A DNA stretch of 32,000 bases. Origin: Blattabacterium cuenoti. Lineage in GTDB: Bacteria > Bacteroidota > Bacteroidia > Flavobacteriales > Blattabacteriaceae. Shown here piece after piece: positions 29,360 to 32,000 of this stretch (positions are counted from its first letter, which is position 1; each line of letters starts with the position of its first letter). The position numbers and the translations under genes are program-made. Below the pieces are notes generated by a model that had not been told where the DNA came from, made no database searches, and was given only the letters and a program-made list of their open reading frames with translations. The stretch spans positions 390,001 through 422,000 of the forward strand of contig CP059204.1 in NCBI GenBank assembly GCA_014251975.1, given 5' to 3'.

Positions 29360-30670
29360 ATGGCAGTCTTTAAAATAAAAGGTGGAATAAAATTAAAGGG
29401 TGAGGTTATCCCACAAGGATCTAAAAATGAATCTTTACAAGTATTGTGTGCATCATTATTAACTTCAGAAAAATTAAGAATAAATAATATACCAGAAATA
29501 GGAGATGTAAAATGTTTAATACATATTTTAAAAAATTTAGGTGTAATAATTAAAAAAAATGGTTATGGAGATTATACATTTATCGCAAAAAATATAAATA
29601 TTGAATATTTAAATTCTAAAGATTTTGAATATTATGGTAAATCTATTAGAGGATCTATTATGATTGCTGGCCCATTATTAACTAGATTGGGTAAAGTATA
29701 TATACCTATACCTGGAGGTGATAAAATTGGTCGTAGAAAATTAGATGTTCATTTGTCAGGATTGAAATTACTTGGAAGTAATATTAAATATTTTAAAAAT
29801 AAAAAGTACTTTTATTTATATAATAAAAAAAAATTAAAAGGTAAATATATTTTAATGGAAGAGGCATCAGTGACTGGAACAGCAAATATTATTATGGCCT
29901 CTACATTAGCTCATGGTAAAACTATTATTTATAATGCAGCTTGTGAACCCTATATACAACAATTATGTAAATTATTAAATAATATGGGAGCAAAAATAAA
30001 AGGTATAGGATCAAATTTATTAGAAATAATAGGTGTTAATAAATTAAAAGGATGTACCCATAAAATATTACCAGATATGATAGAAATTGGTAGCTGGATA
30101 GGGCTATCAGCTATTACAAGTTCTGAAATTACAATTAAAAATGTTAGTTGGAAAAACTTAGGCCTTATTCCAAATATATTTGAACAAATGGGTATAAAAA
30201 TAGAAAAAAAAAAAGATGATATATATATACCATCACAAAAAAACTATAATATTAAACAATTATTAAATAATTCTATTTTAACTATATCAGATTCTCCATG
30301 GCCAGGATTGACCCCAGATTTATTAAGCATACTAATAGTAGTTGCTACACAGGCTAAAGGTAGTGTTTTGTTTCACCAAAAAATGTTCGAAAGTAGATTA
30401 TTTTTTGTAGATAAATTAATTGAAATGGGTGCACAAATAATTTTATGTGATCCACATAGAGCGACTGTTATTGGTTTAAACCATAAATCAAATTTAAAAG
30501 GGTCTATATTATATTCTCCAGATATTAGAGCTGGAATTTCACTTCTTATTGCAGCTTTATCTGCAAAAGGTATAAGCATAATACAAAATATAGAACAGAT
30601 AGATAGAGGATATGAAAAAATAGATTATAGATTACGTAGTATAGGGGCTAATATTATAAGAATAGAATAA
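29360..30670 (+). CDS. murA: UDP-N-acetylglucosamine 1-carboxyvinyltransferase
   Basis: 436-aa ORF with FKIKGG...GEVIPQGSKNESLQVLCASLL, EASVTGTAN, PDMIEIGSW and NIEQIDRGYEKID blocks. The active-site loop reads PGGDKIGRR, with Asp121 where E. coli has Cys115. Confidence 0.94.
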   Translation: MAVFKIKGGIKLKGEVIPQGSKNESLQVLCASLLTSEKLRINNIPEIGDVKCLIHILKNLGVIIKKNGYGDYTFIAKNINIEYLNSKDFEYYGKSIRGSIMIAGPLLTRLGKVYIPIPGGDKIGRRKLDVHLSGLKLLGSNIKYFKNKKYFYLYNKKKLKGKYILMEEASVTGTANIIMASTLAHGKTIIYNAACEPYIQQLCKLLNNMGAKIKGIGSNLLEIIGVNKLKGCTHKILPDMIEIGSWIGLSAITSSEITIKNVSWKNLGLIPNIFEQMGIKIEKKKDDIYIPSQKNYNIKQLLNNSILTISDSPWPGLTPDLLSILIVVATQAKGSVLFHQKMFESRLFFVDKLIEMGAQIILCDPHRATVIGLNHKSNLKGSILYSPDIRAGISLLIAALSAKGISIIQNIEQIDRGYEKIDYRLRSIGANIIRIE

Positions 30671-30720
30671 TAAATAAAATATTTTAATAACCATATAACA
30701 TTTTTAAAAATGATAAAATT

Positions 30721-31203
30721 ATGGAAAAAGTTGAATATATTACTAAAAAAGGATTAGAAATATTAAAACAAAAAATAAAAAAATTAGAAAATATAGAAAG
30801 ACAAAAAATATCAATTCAGATAGCAGAAGCTAGAGATAAAGGAGATTTATCAGAAAATGCTGAATATGATGCTATAAAAGAAGTACAACAATTATTAGAA
30901 ATAAATATTGCTAAATTAAAAAAAAAGTTATTTAATTCTAGAGTTATAGACGGAAAAAAAATTGATAAAAATAGAGTTTCTATTTTATCTACCGTAAAAA
31001 TACAAAATATAAAAAATAAAAAAGAACAAATATATACTTTAGTACCAGAAGGAGAAGCAAATTTAAAATATGGTAAAATTTCTATAAATACTCCAATATC
31101 TATTGGATTATTAGGGAAAAAAATAGGAGAAATATCTTATATAAAATTACCTAATAATATGATACTTAGTTATAAAATTTTAGAAATAATATTCAATGAA
31201 TAA
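30721..31203 (+). CDS. greA: Transcription elongation factor GreA
   Basis: 160-aa ORF with the N-terminal coiled coil carrying ARDKGDLSENAEYDA (acidic tip) and a C-terminal globular domain with INTPISIGLLGKKIGE. Confidence 0.92.
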   Translation: MEKVEYITKKGLEILKQKIKKLENIERQKISIQIAEARDKGDLSENAEYDAIKEVQQLLEINIAKLKKKLFNSRVIDGKKIDKNRVSILSTVKIQNIKNKKEQIYTLVPEGEANLKYGKISINTPISIGLLGKKIGEISYIKLPNNMILSYKILEIIFNE

Positions 31204-31603
31204 TAATAATATATTCAAAAAAATTATAAATAACAAAATAAAATCTTATAAAATAATAGAAAATTATGACAATATTGCAATATTAGATATTCATCCAATT
31301 AAATATGGACATACTTTAGTAATACCAAAAAATATAAATACAGATAATATATTTAATATATCTGAAAAAGATTATATATCACTTATGATTTTTACTAAAA
31401 AAATAGCATTAGGTTTAAAAAAATCTATAAAATGTAAAAGAATAGGATTATTTATTATGGGTTTTGATGTTCCTCATGTACATATTCATCTAATACCTAT
31501 TAATAAGGAAAGTGATATAGATTTTTCTAAAAAAAGAAAAACTTTATCTGAAGAAAAATTTTTGTTTTTATTAAATAAAATTAAAAAATTACTAATTTTT
31601 TAA
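31196..31603 (+). CDS. HIT-family (histidine triad) protein
   Basis: 135-aa ORF with the histidine triad VPHVHIHLIP and a GHTLVIPK block. It overlaps the greA 3' end by 8 nt. Confidence 0.85.
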   Translation: MNNNNIFKKIINNKIKSYKIIENYDNIAILDIHPIKYGHTLVIPKNINTDNIFNISEKDYISLMIFTKKIALGLKKSIKCKRIGLFIMGFDVPHVHIHLIPINKESDIDFSKKRKTLSEEKFLFLLNKIKKLLIF

Positions 31604-31606
31604 TTA

Positions 31607-32000
31607 TTATTTATTAAAATGAAATAAAAATTTTAATCCTCTTATTGTGTGTAATTTATCATAAAAATGTATCATTTTTGTTAATGATGAATAAATATGT
31701 GATAAACCACCAGTTGCAATGACAAAACAATTTGTATTTAATTCTTTATTTATTTTATTAATTAAACCCTCTATCATACTTAAATATCCATAAATGATTC
31801 CACTTTGAATACATGTTTCTGTATTATTACCTAATATATTAAATGGTTTTTTTAATTTAACATTTGATAATAAAGAAGTATTACTAATTAATGATAATAA
31901 TGAAGTTTTTACACCTGGAGCTATAATTATACCCTTCAAAAATCCTTTTTTACCAACACATGTAAAACTTAATGCAGTACCTATATCAATTATCAATATA
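31607..32000 (-). CDS. coaX: Type III pantothenate kinase, C-terminal part (gene runs off the window end)
   Basis: The open frame reaches the window edge. The sequence IIDIGTALSF...APGVKTSL...LGNNTETCIQSGIIYGYLSMIEGLINKI...VIATGG matches the CoaX ASKHA-fold motifs (DxGTA, GxNT..A.QSG, ATGG). Confidence 0.82.
   Translation of the reverse strand, partial: ILIIDIGTALSFTCVGKKGFLKGIIIAPGVKTSLLSLISNTSLLSNVKLKKPFNILGNNTETCIQSGIIYGYLSMIEGLINKINKELNTNCFVIATGGLSHIYSSLTKMIHFYDKLHTIRGLKFLFHFNK

Noticed and set aside
1-32000. Search for CRISPR arrays, transposases or IS ends, integrases, phage genes, toxin-antitoxin pairs, restriction-modification or other defence systems, and rRNA or other structured RNAs
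   Set aside because: Every ORF over 60 aa is either a recognisable housekeeping gene or an antisense artefact. The only repeats are the 30-bp mutS duplication and short spacer motifs. No GC-rich structured-RNA-like segment exists outside the seven tRNAs.

Overview
By eye the window is well over 80% A+T (not computed) and almost entirely coding. It holds 27 apparently intact protein genes, one decayed gene and 7 tRNAs, and most spacers are under 80 bp. Both gene content and synteny point to a Bacteroidota/Flavobacteriales obligate insect endosymbiont with a reduced genome (Blattabacterium-like); this is inference and no database search was possible. The supporting features are a tRNA-Thr/Tyr/Gly/Thr cluster beside tuf, a long type-2 IleRS, a b558-type SdhC, RNase Y and a DUF4290-murA pair. 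Gene order is tuf', 4 tRNAs, lspA, ileS | mutS, tRNA-Gly, tRNA-Leu | guaB | small lipoprotein | rplS, glmM, dnaB, accA, sdhB, sdhA, sdhC, cysteine desulfurase | rny, lpdA | ung remnant, ferredoxin, aroE, rpsU, tRNA-Val | recG, uvrD/pcrA, DUF4290, murA, greA, HIT | coaX'. I found no CRISPR array, mobile element, toxin-antitoxin pair, defence island or other candidate multi-gene system, so this is core housekeeping DNA. Five observations deserve a second look. (1) The uracil-DNA glycosylase gene is decayed by a nonsense codon, a frameshift and an internal deletion, while mutS, recG and uvrD remain intact. (2) An orphan Ser/Asn/Glu-rich lipoprotein ORF sits in one of the few gaps. (3) A 408-bp non-coding spacer upstream of DUF4290-murA carries short C/G-containing repeats. 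(4) A/T homopolymers of 10-12 nt sit inside essential genes, including mutS itself. (5) The mutS tail carries a recent in-frame 30-bp tandem duplication.
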